A DNA stretch of 64,000 nt from the human T2T-CHM13v2.0 reference genome, Homo sapiens (GCF_009914755.1 NC_060941.1); one strand, 5' to 3'; positions 1 to 12,577 are shown, numbered from the stretch's first letter. The notes: generated by a model from the sequence alone, not told the origin. Numbers and translations: made by a program.

Positions 1-1239
1 CAGGAAACCACAGATGGAGGCTCATGTCAGAGCATCTCTCCTTCTGGCTCAGGCCCAGCCCAGTTTAACCAGGATCACTAATTTCTACCTTGAAGCATTT
101 TGGGAGGGTTTTTGAGGGCTGTTACGAGGCGTGGGCCACATCCATCTTTATCCAGTGACCTTATTGGAGGTCACAGTGCAAAGCAGATGGGGAAGTTTAA
201 TTAACGTACAATAAGAAAGTCATAATTTCTAGAATTCCAAATAAAAGGTATCCCTGATCCCCACAAAAATGGAGCTGAGCCCATTCCTGTGGGCTTTAGT
301 CTTGCTTCCTCCTTGCAAATGGCAAACTGCAGGCTCTTGATTTTACCCTTAACAGTGGCCCTTGCCTAGCAGCTGTGTCTCTCTGTCTATCCTCAGGCCT
401 GGCTCTGGGCACCTATCAAAGGGCAGTGCTTTTCTGGTCTGGGCTGTAGGGAAGGGTGAGGGCCCTGCTCTTCATAGTAGGAATAGCGGCATGGGACATC
501 TTCACTGGAAGGGAGAAGAGTAAGTCATCAGAGAGACAGGCACGGTTGCCAGGTTGGTGTGAGGGAATGATTCTAGAATAAGAGGCTGCTTTGTTGGATT
601 TCACAGCCCCAGTCATGTCTCTCACCTCTCTACCTGAATTCATTACATATACATGTACACACACACATACTTATACATGCACACCAGGGTCATAAGTGGC
701 AGAGCTTCAGCCTGAACCCATCTTCCAGCTTTTGACCATACAGGACTAACTTTAGCTTGCTCCCCTCCTTTCCTCTGATTTTTCCCCTCCTATGGAACTT
801 GCCCAACTTCCAAAGCTCTAGCATCTTCGTTACAGGGCTCTTACCATGGAACCTGCCTGCCCCACTCAGCTGCCATGAGGTTAATGTGCTCACTTTTATG
901 TCTTAGCTCTGGAAGGCAGCAGTCAAAATTGGAAGAACAAAGAAAGAGATAGAAATAAAATGAATTTGTATACATGTATCAGCATGTATTAATTATTCAA
1001 CAAATGTATTGGATTTTATTATAAAAAAAGAAGAAACAGTGGCAGACGAATCCATTAGCGTTTATTGTAGGTGCACAGGCTGTTTTACCAAGAGAACTGA
1101 GAAAAGAACACAGAACAAATAAACTTCAGGGAGGGTGGGGTAAGAATGTGTGTGGTGGTTGGGCACAAATGTGCAGGATTAGTTTTTGCTGATCAGGTAG
1201 AGAGAGGGAGGTAGGTATATGGGAGCACTGTTAAAATAT

Positions 1240-1390
1240 CTTGAAACTTCCGTTTTTTCATGGTTAATAATACTGGATTATTATAGTGGAACAATAGTGT
1301 GGATTAAAAGAGGTGAATCCGCAAAAGCTTTTAACATACGCATGGAGCAAAGTAATTACTCAGAATATTTTGGCTGATACAAATATTACT
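1240..1390 (+). mobile_element. MIR fragment (3' part)
   Basis: Degenerate match to the MIR core/3' end (gtggattaaaagaggtgaatccgcaaaagcttttaac...); boundaries approximate. Confidence 0.5.
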
Positions 1391-1935
1391 AATTTTCACT
1401 TCTGAGTTCTTACTTTCCTGAGTCCTCTGAGTAGAAGATACACTTTTTTTAAAATGTAGATCTTGCTTTGTGTAATTAATGGGCTCCTGCAAAGCTGTAT
1501 TTACCTTGGGTCTACTGTCACTTGTGAAACTAAATTGACAGTTCTTCTTTTTAATGCTTGGGCATGTGATCTAAGTGTTGGAAATCTCCTCTGTGGGTCT
1601 CAAGCACTTGTTGGTCTCCATTGAACTTTGCTGGGGTTCTGGAAGGCTATTCCTTGTCTAAAAGAAAACATGTAGGTAGGGGAACACTGATGTTAAGCCC
1701 TCATTGGCACCTGTATGGGGCCAACTGTATGGAACCTTCCCTCCCTCCACAGATGGAATAGAGCAGCTCATGGCTAGAACAATAGGAGAGACAGAAGTTA
1801 TACACAAACTGCCAGGTCGTGCACAAGGTATGCAGGCTGGTTTCTGAATACAGATGATAAATTAGCCTGTGGGCAGGTAGAGCCGTGATGGGGATGACAC
1901 TAGGCAGATGCCAACTATAGGTCCTTCTAGGAAGG

Positions 1936-2337
1936 TGTCTTAGTTCATTTTCTGTTGCTTATAACAGAATACTTGAAACCTGGTAATTTATAAAGAAAAG
2001 AAATTTATTTTTCACAGTTATGGAGGCTGAGAAGTTCAAGATCAAGGAGCCACATCTGGTGAGGGCCTTCTTGCTGGTGGGGACTCTGTAGAGTCCTGAG
2101 TGACTGGCATAGGGCATCACATGGCTAGGGAACTGAGCATGCTCATCATGTCCTCTTTTCTTCTTATAAAACTACCAGTCCCACCCCCTAGATAACCCAT
2201 CATTCCCATTAATCCAATTAATCCATTCAGGAGGGCAGACCCCATCAACTCTTAAAGGCCTCACTTCTTAATACTGCCATATTTGGAAGTACATTTCAGC
2301 ATGAGTTTTGGAGGGGACAAACATTTAAACAAAAGTA
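1936..2337 (-). mobile_element. MaLR solo LTR, MSTC/MSTD-like
   Basis: Begins tgtcttagttcatttt, ends aaacatttaaacaaaagta; typical MST body; 5-bp TSD GAAGG at 1931-1935 and 2338-2342. Confidence 0.85.
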
Positions 2338-2502
2338 GAAGGAAACTAGATAAGTCTTTGACTTTCTTTGCTGGCAAATTAATCTTCGAGAAGGTAAAGA
2401 AAACCACACGGAGATCTTCTATCTGGAACTTAAACCAGTAAGGAAAAACTGATTGGGAGCACAAAGGTGAGGGAAGCTTTGGGAGAAAATAACCTCACTG
2501 GG

Positions 2503-2727
2503 CAGGCAGATAGCACAGTGGTAAGGGCATAGGCACTGAGATCATGCCCCATGGTCCAAATGCTGGCCCTGCTACTTATCAGCGACATTCCTTTACCTTA
2601 TCGTGTCTCTGTTTTCTCCTCTGAAAAATGGGGATGATAGTAGTACCTACGTCATGTCATGGTTGCAAAAATCAAATCAGTCCATTTAGTACAGGGCAAA
2701 TATTCAATAAACATTAGCTGTTAGTAT
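2503..2727 (+). mobile_element. MIR SINE
   Basis: tRNA-like head, core gttttctcctctgaaaaatggggatgatagtagtacctac, tail tcaataaacattagctgtta. Confidence 0.75.
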
Positions 2728-2903
2728 GATCGTTACTTGAATTCATACTTGTGAGGGAAAGTTTAGATGGAGAGTCATGGGCCCTAGACTTTAGGGAAAT
2801 CTAAAAAATAACTTTTAAATTAAAATTTAACTAAAACTTTAATTTTTTAACTAAAAAAGTCAAAGATAAATGAAGTAGAAAACATAGAGGGGATTTTGGC
2901 CTA

Positions 2904-3106
2904 AGACAGTTCAGCAAGCTTTTTCTGTAAAGGGCCAGGTAGTAAATATTTTTGGCGTTGTGGGCCATACGCTTTCTATGGCAACTAGTCAGCTCTGCCA
3001 TTGTAGCACAAATGCAGCCGCAGACAATGTGTAAACAATTGAGCATGACTGTGTTCCTATAAAACTTTATTTATAAAAACAGGTTTGTATAGTTTGTGGA
3101 CCCTTG
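2904..3106. mobile_element. MER58A-like hAT-Charlie DNA transposon fossil
   Basis: ttttctgtaaagggccaggtagtaaatattttt...gtgttcctataaaactttatttataaaaacagg...agtttgtggaccc. Confidence 0.8.
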
Positions 3107-3532
3107 GCTGATGAGGAATGGGAAACAGGAAAATACAAAATTCTGCCTGTGTCATTGTAAATGATGACAGCAAATTGAAAACTAACAAGGCAATTATTAA
3201 ATGAGCCAACATAGCTTCAGTGGGAACTGTTTACCTCAGACTGAAAGACGACACGTGCCAAAAAGTAGGGAAATTGTGGTGTCTTCCGCGTATCATGTGG
3301 TTCAGAAATAAATATGATGATGTTAAAAAAAGAAAAAGGCTAAGCTTTCCATGAATCTAGTAAAAAGGTTAATGATTTTCTTAAAAAAGAATGAATAGGT
3401 TTTATTTTTGTTTTGGGGGGTTGTTTAGTCTGTGCAGAAGTTTGTAGCAAGGGGAGGATGGGCACTCGCCTGGGTACAGTGTTGTAATGCAAATGGATGC
3501 CATAGCCTCTGTAACCGTAGCCTCCTGGAAGG

Positions 3533-3588
3533 GGACCCAGAAGTGGACCACAGGACCTGGAAGTGGACCACAGGACCCAGAAGTGGAC
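3533..3588. repeat. 20-bp minisatellite, about 2.8 copies (ggacccagaagtggaccaca)
   Basis: Units at 3533-3552, 3553-3572 and 3573-3588 read directly. Confidence 0.9.
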
Positions 3589-3990
3589 TGGATGATCCTT
3601 TGAGAGTTATGGGGCAATGGTTCCAAGAAGACTCCCTAATAAAAACTATGGAAAAGAGTTCTCAGCCCAAAGACAACCTCAACACTATAAATAGGGACAA
3701 GAGATTGAAAAAAAGGTCTGAAAGTTCTCAGATGCAAACACAACTTATTTCTAAATGGTAAGATTTTGGGTAATTATTTTCTTGTTATACCTTTCAGCAA
3801 TTTTTATTATTGGCATGTATTACTTTTAAATGTCAAAGGAAAATAAAAACTATTTAGGGTGGAGCCACCTTCTCAGAGGTGTAGTGTTGGGACTGATGCT
3901 TAGAAATTATAAAAAGGCAGATTTTCACTCAGCATAAATAAAAATTTCTCATTGTAATGATCTGACATGCAAACTACTGAATCTCCCACT

Positions 3991-4189
3991 GGGGGCAGAT
4001 ATTAATCGCTTTTCCATCAGCCATTTTCTTGCTTTCTTTTCCTGATGGTAGAACTAGCCTCCCAGTATATGCCCAGTACTTGTTTTTCCAGCTTCCTTTG
4101 TAGTTAGGGAATAGGCGAGCCACCCTATCCTGGCCAAGAATTGCTGGGAAATCTTCTGAGTGGTTCCTGGGAGATGTTCTCCTTCTTTG

Positions 4190-4221
<32 letters not shown>

Positions 4222-4500
4222 CATGTGCAACATGAGGAAAAGCATCAACCTTCCAGTGTTTGATGTACCCTTTGAGCATGTGGTTTTTGGTGCAGTGGCA
4301 GCCATCTTATGACCATGAAGAGCAAAACCTGAGGTTACCATCCAGTACTCTGAGGATGGTAGAACAGAAAAATGCAAAGAGTGGGGTCCTTGATTCATCA
4401 AAATATAACCATCTCCTCAGCCCATATTCACACTTCTGAGGAAAGTGTTTTTATTGAGGATTCAGTTCCAATTGTATTGCAGGTCCTAATTTATTTCACC
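3991..4500 (+). mobile_element. Old MaLR LTR, MLT1I/J-like, with internal (TG)n at about 4188-4221
   Basis: gcagccatcttatgaccatgaag...tgaggatggtagaacagaaaaatgcaaagagtggggtccttgat motif series typical of MLT1J-group. Confidence 0.65.
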
Positions 4501-4904
4501 TTCTCCGAAATGTTCACACAGAGGCATGATGCTGGTGTTCCTCCAGTTATCTAAATGTTGTCAAGTTTGAAAGTGTCTCAGCATTCTTGGGGCCATGGGC
4601 TCTAATTGTTTTAATGAAAAACCTTGCAGCAAGGGGTCAGAATGCAGTTTTGCAGTGTTTATTTCATGTCATTAGATTTTGTTGCTTTAACTGTTGCAGG
4701 GAATAAAGGCGTTTTAATGTGGCTCACTGATTTCTTTTTCCTGTGGTTGCTGTCATCCTTTCACAAATCCAGCTCTGTGGAAGACAAGGGTCAGTCCTGG
4801 AGGTTCACATCAGTGAGGCATGAAGTGTCCATTCTCTGCATGTGGTGACTAGTGGGCAGGTCTCAGGGAAGCACCAATCTTTGCATGTCCTATGAGGCAC
4901 AGAA

Positions 4905-5150
4905 TAATAGCAATAAAATAGAGCGTGGGGATTGGAAGCACCTGTTCCACAATACCAGGTTCAAATCCTGGTTCTGCCAGTGACTAATAAGAATTCGGGG
5001 CAAATTACTTAACATGTCTCTGACTTTGTTTTCTCATTATAAAATGTGTATGATGGTAATATGGTGGAGGTCATGAGGATGAAGTATGTGTGAAGTCTTT
5101 AGCGTTATACCTAATATGTAGTAAGAACTCTATACATGGGTACTACTACT
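4905..5150 (+). mobile_element. MIR SINE
   Basis: ggttcaaatcctggttctgcc B-box, gggcaaattacttaac, ttttctcattataaaatg core. Confidence 0.75.
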
Positions 5151-5565
5151 CACAATACATGGGACAACTGCTGTTTCCAAGTGTCACTGTGACTGGGAGA
5201 AAATGTCTCTATCGGGATAATTTGTTCTTTAGCAAGACCTTCTGGAGTTGGATTTAGCAGATGGCAGCTCAAATTTGGATAACCCTCTTCTTGTGGGTCT
5301 GGCAACTCATGGAGCTCTTTCTCTCATTCACATTTAATTGTATTTGTGTTTGTAGCATGATTTTGGCATGTGACTCAGTTTCCCTAGCAGATGAGAAGCT
5401 CCTTGAGGGAAGAGTTGGGATTTCCATTCTTGGGTTCTCAAGAATGCAGAGCTCTGGGCTGCGCACATGCACATGTGCAAGGAATGTTGGCCAGGGATTG
5501 GGTAGATGGGCAGCAACTACCTGTGATATGAAGAATTGGGGCTAGTTTCTAGAAAGTTCAGAGAG

Positions 5566-5899
5566 CAGTGGTTCTCACACTTGGCTATACCTTGGAGTCA
5601 CTGTGGATAGGGTGACCAACCATCGTTTGCCCAGTTTCCAAGGACCTGGGACTTTCAGTTTTAAAACCAGGACTTTCAGTGCTAAAAGTTGGAAAGTCCT
5701 GGGAAAGGTGTGAAAGTAAGTCCTGGGAAACTGGGATGAGTGGTCACCCTACCAGTGGAACTTTAAAACATGTTGATGTGATGGCTGGGACTCAGCCCCA
5801 GAGCTTAAGATATAAGCTGTGGTCTAGGGTGAGGCCTGGACATTAGTGTGTCTAATAACCCAGGTGATTTTGATGTTCAGAAAAGGATGAGAAGTGCTG
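5566..5899. mobile_element. MER5A-like hAT MITE, interrupted by a MER81-like element
   Basis: TIRs cagtggttctca...tgagaagtgctg; MER5 body resumes after 5751. Confidence 0.7.
5608..5751. mobile_element. MER81/MER94-like hAT-Blackjack MITE
   Basis: TIRs tagggtgacca / tggtcacccta; degenerate 8-bp TSD actgtgga / ccagtgga. Confidence 0.8.
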
Positions 5900-5904
5900 A
5901 TGAG

Positions 5905-6103
5905 CAGGAGCTCCTGACAGGGTTGCAGTGCACATCGTTGAGCTGTGGATGGGTTACAGGGGGCTAACAAACTGGCTCCCTTCAGACTCAAGGGCACTGG
6001 TTGTCTAGCCCCATTAGCAACCTTCTCATTTCACTCCAGTGTGCCTTCCAAAATGCGCCATTTTCTGTGTGTGCTATGACATGCACAAGGTTGGGAAGCA
6101 CTG
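5905..6103. mobile_element. Old hAT-Charlie-type fragment (subfamily not determined)
   Basis: Terminal tgtgctatgacatgcacaaggttgggaagcactg resembles a Charlie TIR. Confidence 0.5.
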
Positions 6104-6139
6104 ACTGAGTAATAATGCATAAAGGTGGTGAATAGAGAG

Positions 6140-6268
6140 TTATTAAAAAAGGGAATTTAAAGGCCCCACTCAAGACCATCCAAAGTGGAATGACTACAAG
6201 CCTGGGAATCTGCATTTGAATCAGGCTTTCCAAGTGATTCACATGCATGCTCAAATTTTAGAATCACA
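6140..6268. mobile_element. MER5-family fragment
   Basis: cctgggaatctgcatttgaatcaggctttccaagtgattc...aaattttagaatcac. Confidence 0.55.
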
Positions 6269-6557
6269 AGAATGTATATATAGAAAGTATAGCAAAAACA
6301 TAATAGTAATAGTCTTAAAGAAATGAACTTCAGAATAGCCCTGCCTGAATTGACTTGGGTACAGAAAATCACAGGTGAGACAGAGGAATGGGAACCAGAA
6401 CCATTTTCCTTTATATCACAAAAACCTCCCTTTTCCCCAGATCTCCTCCTCTCCTTGAAATGATTGTGTCTCTGAACAACACAGCTGCAGCTGTCTGCTC
6501 TCAGATTTTTCCCTAAACCTCAGGTCACTGACCTTCAGTGGGCTAGATTTAGTCTCC

Positions 6558-6743
6558 TGTGGCAGATGAGATTATTGTTCTCAGCTCTTGACTTTCTTCT
6601 GCTCTGTGAGCTTGCAGTGAACAGAAGTGGAAGAGAATGCTTCTCACCTTCTTATGACTGAGAAGCATTGATATTTGCTATTGCAAGCCACTCAGTTTTA
6701 GGGTCGTATGTTTCTCAGCATGATTGCAGCCAGAACTAATTCA
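6558..6743 (+). mobile_element. MLT1H-like LTR remnant with large internal deletion
   Basis: 5' tgtggcaga...attattgttc and 3' gcaagccactcagttttaggg...aactaattca termini juxtaposed. Confidence 0.45.
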
Positions 6744-7125
6744 CTTCTCAAAAGATAAAGAATTTGGGTTGCCACTGGTCCCACCAAAAGACTTCAAAAC
6801 ATATTACAAAAGAAGGGCTCACCATGGTGGTGAGGGCTTGGAAAGGGGTGAAGACCAGCCAAGACTGATAGTACTTGTGCACGTCAATGTCTCCTTAGAG
6901 ACTGCGGCGCTCCTTCCAGCCGGCTAGTCTCTTCTCCACCTCTTGTTCATGAAGCGCTGGAAAGGGCCCTGCTGGGGCAGACCTGCAGTGCCTGCAGAGG
7001 AGCCAGATAGCATGTGGTTACCAAGTACCACGTGCCCACTCCAAGGCAAGGTGTACTTTCTAAAGCAGGCGGTTCTTGTTCATGCCTCTCGTTTATTAGT
7101 GGACTTCCATTTATCTTTCTTAGTC

Positions 7126-7216
7126 TTCTGTAGGCTTGGGGAGGCAGACCAAAGTTTTCTGTAGGCTTGGGGAGGCAGACACAAAGTTTTCTGTAGGCTT
7201 GGGGAGGCAGACACAA
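7126..7216. repeat. 31-32-bp minisatellite, about 2.9 copies (ttctgtaggcttggggaggcagacacaaagtt)
   Basis: Units at 7126-7156, 7157-7188 and 7189-7216, nearly identical. Confidence 0.95.
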
Positions 7217-8662
7217 GAGCCATCCCCTTATTTGCTGCTGGGAACCTGGGACTGAGCTCTAGCTCTAACTGTGCCACTCACTACGAGACCTTGCCTCGTC
7301 ACTCATCTCTGCAGTGCATTATTGATTAAGATCTTTTTATAGCCATGAGATTGCATGATTTACGTTAAAAAAAGGCATGACGAGAATGTCATGGGTTGAG
7401 AGTCATTCTTCCCAGAGTCAGGAGGTAGGATCTGATGTGTGATGAGGGGTCCTGTCTTGCAATTCTCATCTTGCCTCTATTAGAAACCGAGAAGCAAAGG
7501 AACCCCATTTGCCTTCCACTAGGAAAGACACCAACATAGGGTGCCCAGTGAATTCTGCCAACCAGGAAGTCTTCCTTAACAATAGCCTCCTGCCCAGGAC
7601 AGGTCTACAGGTTGGTTTATCAACAGCAACTCCTGTGCTTGGGGCCACAGCTCCAGCAGCACCAGACTTTGGCTTCCAATTGCTTTGACCCCAGATCTCC
7701 GCTGGTTTTCCTAGTTCCTGACTATCTCACTCTCAACTGGTTTCTCTCTTCTGGTCTAGCTCATTTGGACTGACAACAGAGGCCCAAATTTGGCTTGTAC
7801 ATCAGTTTCTCCCTTGGAGCTCATACCTGCTCTTGTTCTGTCCACGTGTGGTCACTGGGAGAATGATGCCCAGCCTAGATTCTTGACCAGAAAACCTTCC
7901 TCAGCCATGCTTGACCATCCGCCTTGTGTTCAGAGGAGGCTCAGCAAATGCTACCTCTACCCACATCTTGACTTATTTTATACTCCACACAGCCAGGGGT
8001 GTGGTTGGCAACTGGTGGTTGTGGTGAATGGATTCCAGCTTCTGATGGCCGAGCGTGCCCTCCTTTCTGGCTGAGACACCTGGGAGGGTGGGGGTGTGCT
8101 AAGGAGTGGGCAGCTGGACACACCACAAGAACCTCATGGCAATTAGGGAGTTAGGCCATTTCCTGCCTCCCACACAGCAGGAAACAAAGATGTGTGTTGT
8201 TTTATTTCTTCCAGCATTGACCATAAAGATGCCAGACAGGAACTGAGATAGAAGCTCTGGAGGCAGGCAGGAGACAGAGGAGCTGGCAAAAATCAGAGGT
8301 CATCGGGGACTTCAGAGATCAAATATCCTCCTTCTCAGATGAGGAAACTTAGACCCAGCAAAGTGAAAGCAAGCATTTTCCCAAGGGCTGTCACTCTCTT
8401 GCATCAAGTTTAAATTAATTTAGGCAGCGTCAGGTTGGAGACTGGGTTCCAAAAAAGGTAGTTTCCAGAGTTCACCTTGAAGAGCAGCAGCTTGATGCCA
8501 GTGGACCTCAAAGGGGCCAGCCCAACTGGTCATTCTGATTGGTTCAGAGCTGACCTAGTGCAGAGCTGTGCCTGCAGTGAAACATGAGAGAGGCCTCCAT
8601 CCCTGGACTTCTCTGGCTCTTCTCTTTCTCCTGATTTGTCATCTTGCCTTTCTTCAGAAGAG

Positions 8663-8826
8663 TCACCATCGTCATCACCACCATCATCACCATCATCACA
8701 ACTATCATCACCATCACCATCGTCATCATCATCACTACCATCACCATTATAATTATCATCACCCTCAACATCACCATCACCATCACCATCATCACCACTA
8801 TCACCATCATCACCATTATCATTACA
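8663..8826. repeat. Imperfect (CAT)n/(CAC)n triplet repeat
   Basis: Directly visible; source of the poly-His, poly-Ile/Thr and poly-Met/Val ORFs. Confidence 0.95.
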
Positions 8827-8889
8827 TTTTTACTATAGGAGCTGAAGCTTGCATGTATCTCTTCTTCTGGCTGTATCACCCACTGCCCT

Positions 8890-9220
8890 CCACCCATTGC
8901 TCTCCTGCCTCCTCCTGCCTAACTCCTATTCATCTTTCAGGACCCTAATCTGGGCTTCCAATGAAGTGTCACCTCTACTGCAGGCCTTTCTGTCCCCCAA
9001 ATCAGAATTAGCTCCTCCTCCTCCGGGCTTCCACACCATTTACTTCAAGGGTCTGTGTCCCCGAGTTGATTTATTGCTTGTGTAAGTGATCAAGTAGAGA
9101 TACTTAATAATGTCCCACTCAGACTCCAAGGTCCCTGAGAACGATGCCTGCGTTTTATCTTTCTACATGAATTACATGTCATGTAGGAAGTGCTCACCAG
9201 GAGTTTGTCACATTAAACGA
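8890..9220 (+). mobile_element. L2 fragment(s)
   Basis: aactcctattcatctttcag...gtcacctct...agactccaaggtccctgagaac L2 3'-region motifs; boundaries approximate. Confidence 0.5.
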
Positions 9221-10367
9221 CTAAGTTTTGAAGGAGGACGTTTCTGGATTTTAACATAATAGGAAGAAAGTTAGGATAATACCAAACTTTTCCAAAATGC
9301 CTCTTTCACACAAAGCAAAATGAGCCTAGTAACTACAGGATAAGGTATCAGGGGATGAGACTCATAACAGCGTATGTAGTCAACATGGAGCAGAAATTTA
9401 GGGTATGGAAGAGGAACAGGGGTGCCCAGGGGGTTGGAAAAAATCATTAGGAATATCAGAAAACCGTTCGATTTTAAGAATTTCTTATTTTTTTTTCTCT
9501 TTTTGAGGATTGCTGGAGAGGTTTATTGTGCATTATGACTGACTTCAAGGGCTTTGTTTCTCTCCCCGAGCTGCCCTTACACGGAGGCAGAGAGGTGACG
9601 GGGGTGGGTGGGGGTGGTGAGAGTGGGGATGGTGGTGAACAGAAACCCCTTACTCCTGCTTTTTTGGTCTTGGTCTATCACAACACCTTGTTTACTCAGC
9701 CCACCCCTGTATAGGGTACATTGTCACTTCTCAGTCTGCAAAGGATAAGAGATAAAAAGGGATCCTTGAAAGACTTACGTCACGCATTAGGAAGCTCTTT
9801 GCTATTGGAGAAGACAATTCCCAGCTTCATCCCACAGGTTTGTTGGTGGTCAGACTTGAAGAGATTAATGGTGGATAAACAGGTCCCAGGGAAAGTGGCA
9901 GCATCCAATCTGTTGCCAGGAAGCAGGGAGAGAAATGCCACACCGTAGGATTCCATATATGGCACTCACTTCTTCCATGGCTAGATTAGGGGTGCCTGAC
10001 CTTACAGCATAACAAGAAAGAGGCTTGTGCAGCTGAGAAGGAAGCAGACCCCCAACCCATAGCCAAGAATGAAAACTCTGGTTAGGAGATAAACAGAATC
10101 TACCTGATATTCTGATATGCTTTTCTAGAAGTTCTGAGAATGTGATGAACATGGTGGAAAAGTCTCTTTGCCAGGTGCATTATTGGTAAGTTGCTCTGCT
10201 AATGCCACATGAGTTGATTCTCATTGTGGGGGTTTTACTGAGTGGAGAAGATAATTAGGAGCTACAATAGGATTGTTTAATTAGATAATTAAAGAATAAA
10301 TTATGTGACCCTCTCATTTTTCTGTATGTGTACAGGCTTATTATTATTATTATTTTTTACTTTAGTG

Positions 10368-10692
10368 CAAGGGTCAATCAACTTCCTCTTAAAGGACCAG
10401 GTATCAAATATTGTAGGCATTGTGGGCCATGTGGTCTCTGTTGCAATTATACAACACAGCTGTTGGAACACAAAAGTAACAATATGTGAATGAGTAGGCA
10501 TGGCTGTGTTTCAATAAAACTTTACATATGAACACTAACATTTGACTTCCATATAATTTCCATGTGTCAAAAAAAAACTGTTCATTTGATTTATTTGTCA
10601 ACCATCTAAAAATGGAAAACCATTCTTCACTCACAAACCATACAAAGTGGTAGAACAAATTTGGCCTGTGGGCTGTAGTTTGCTGACTCCTG
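10368..10692. mobile_element. MER58B-like hAT-Charlie fossil
   Basis: caagggtcaatcaacttcc...tggctgtgtttcaataaaacttta...ttggcctgtgggctgtagtttgctgactcctg. Confidence 0.8.
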
Positions 10693-11099
10693 TCTTAGGG
10701 GATGCCTCAGTGCACCTCCTGTTGTAAGGAGATTGGAGCTAGTTTCCAAGATAGAAATGAGTAATTTTGAAGTTTCCCCAGCAATTTCAAAATCCATTTT
10801 CAGGCTAGATAACTGGTCCATGATAAGTCTGAAAAGAAACAAGCCTGGACTTGCCTGCCTAACTCCATTATGAAATCTGTGGCTTCCAGGGACCTTGAAG
10901 TCTTCCAGGTCATATTCTAGACTTTATGACCACATTTAAACCAACTTAGGGATACACAGCCCCTGTCTGTTAGAGGAAAACATACCTTAACTCCTAGAGT
11001 AAACAATTTCATCCTCATGTCCCTTAAGCACTCATTTTCACACTGGCCAGCTTTCAGGGGTGTGATGCAATCTGACTTCCTAATGTTGTGGATGAGTAG

Positions 11100-11134
11100 T
11101 GTAATGTAATGTAATGTAATGATGTAATGTAATG
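11100..11134. repeat. (TGTAA)n pentanucleotide repeat
   Basis: Directly visible. Confidence 0.9.
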
Positions 11135-12277
11135 GAGAGAGTTGTTTATTCCCCTACACATATGCACCAAAGGGGTAAATAATGGCGACTCTCCATTTCT
11201 GGGTTTTATTTGACATTTTCCTCTACTGGGCCAGCTATGACCTTAGGTGTGGATCATTTCCTTTTCCCTAGATGGAAGGAGCTGATGTTATGGAGAACGG
11301 GGGTGGTGTTTGCTGATGTGGTTCCTGAATGTTTCCAGCAGCCCAGAGTGAAGCACCACTATAACAGAATTTAAAAATAGAGAATAAAGTAAGCTTAATG
11401 TAGCAGTTTTCTCAAGATACCAGAGTAGGCATTTAAAAAATAACTCAGGATGATTCTTTCTGGAGTCTGCCAAGGCGCTGAATTCTGAGACCATGGTGGG
11501 ATTCTGATATTTAAAAAAATGTTCGTTGGTGGGGGTGGGGAGGTGATGGACTGGCATAGTTTAGTGCAGTATCTTGTATCTAGTAGGCTCTCCATAAAGG
11601 TTTACTATACAAATGAAGGGGGTGAGGGTTTAGGAGAGCATTTTGTCTGAACAGGAATTCTGGTTTCCTTCCAGCTGAACTGCCTCTTGGGTTGCCTCTC
11701 AGGTCTTTGTAGAAACATATGACATTCTGAGGAGTGGAGAGAAGTTCCCCTTTGGATCCCAGGCAATTGGCACGTCAAATCCAGTCTTACTTTTATGACA
11801 CCAGAGTCCACACGGCTTCCTGTTTCTAACAGCTGCTACTGGCTCAGCATTATCTCAAAAGAGGAATCCAGCTTCCTTGGTTTTTGCCAAAGCCCAAATC
11901 AATAAGCATCTGCTTTCTGCTGCATTTGCAATTGGCCCTACTGGCAGCAGGGAATGTTGAGCACGTAGAAGCCATGAGCCCCCACCTAGCTCAGGACTTG
12001 TTCTGGATTGTAGAGACTGTTCCTTTGTAGGGGAGAAGGAACTGGGGGTTCGGAGGGGTGGGAGAAGTGGAGGCTGGGGCTCTGTGTTGCCCTGTTTCCT
12101 TGTGAGATAACTAGGAAGTCTGGGCAATTTTTAAGTTCCCATCATTAATTACAATTTTGTTTTTTTTGCTGGGGGGAGTGGGCGGAGAAGGAGGGGAAGT
12201 TGGAAAGGGGTTGCTCTCTGGAAGTTATGAGACCCTGGAAAGAGAGAAGACATATTCAAAGAAAATTGAGACAAATT

Positions 12278-12577
12278 TTTTTTTTTTTTTTTTTTTGAGG
12301 CGGAGTCTCGCTCTGTCCCCTGGGCTGGAGTGCAGTGGCACCATCTTGGCTCACTGCAAGCTCTGCCTCCCAGGTTCACACCATTCTCCTGCCTCAGCTT
12401 CCTGAGTAGCTGGGACTACAGGTGCCTGCCACCACACCCGGCTAATTTTTTGTATTTTTAGTAGAGATGGGGTTTCACCATGTTAGCCAGGATGGTCTCG
12501 ATCTTCTGACCTCGTGATCCGCCCACCTCAGCCTCCCAAAGTACTGGGATTACAGGCATGAGCCACTGCGCCTAGCC
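12278..12577 (-). mobile_element. AluY-like, full length
   Basis: Y-type sites (gcaagctc, ccattctcc, gttagccaggatggtctcgatc); 15-bp TSD aaattgagacaaatt at 12263-12277 and 12578-12592. Confidence 0.95.

Noticed and set aside
7126-7216. CRISPR-like array (32-bp repeats)
   Set aside because: Head-to-tail units with no spacers, in primate DNA with no cas genes
8568-8948. 126-aa His-rich ORF with a hydrophobic N-terminus
   Set aside because: Explained by the CAT/CAC microsatellite; starts at a non-ATG codon, overlapping frames on both strands are also open, and there is no exon structure
9600-9628. Possible G-quadruplex
   Set aside because: Needs a 10-nt loop, is a common pattern, and has no supporting context
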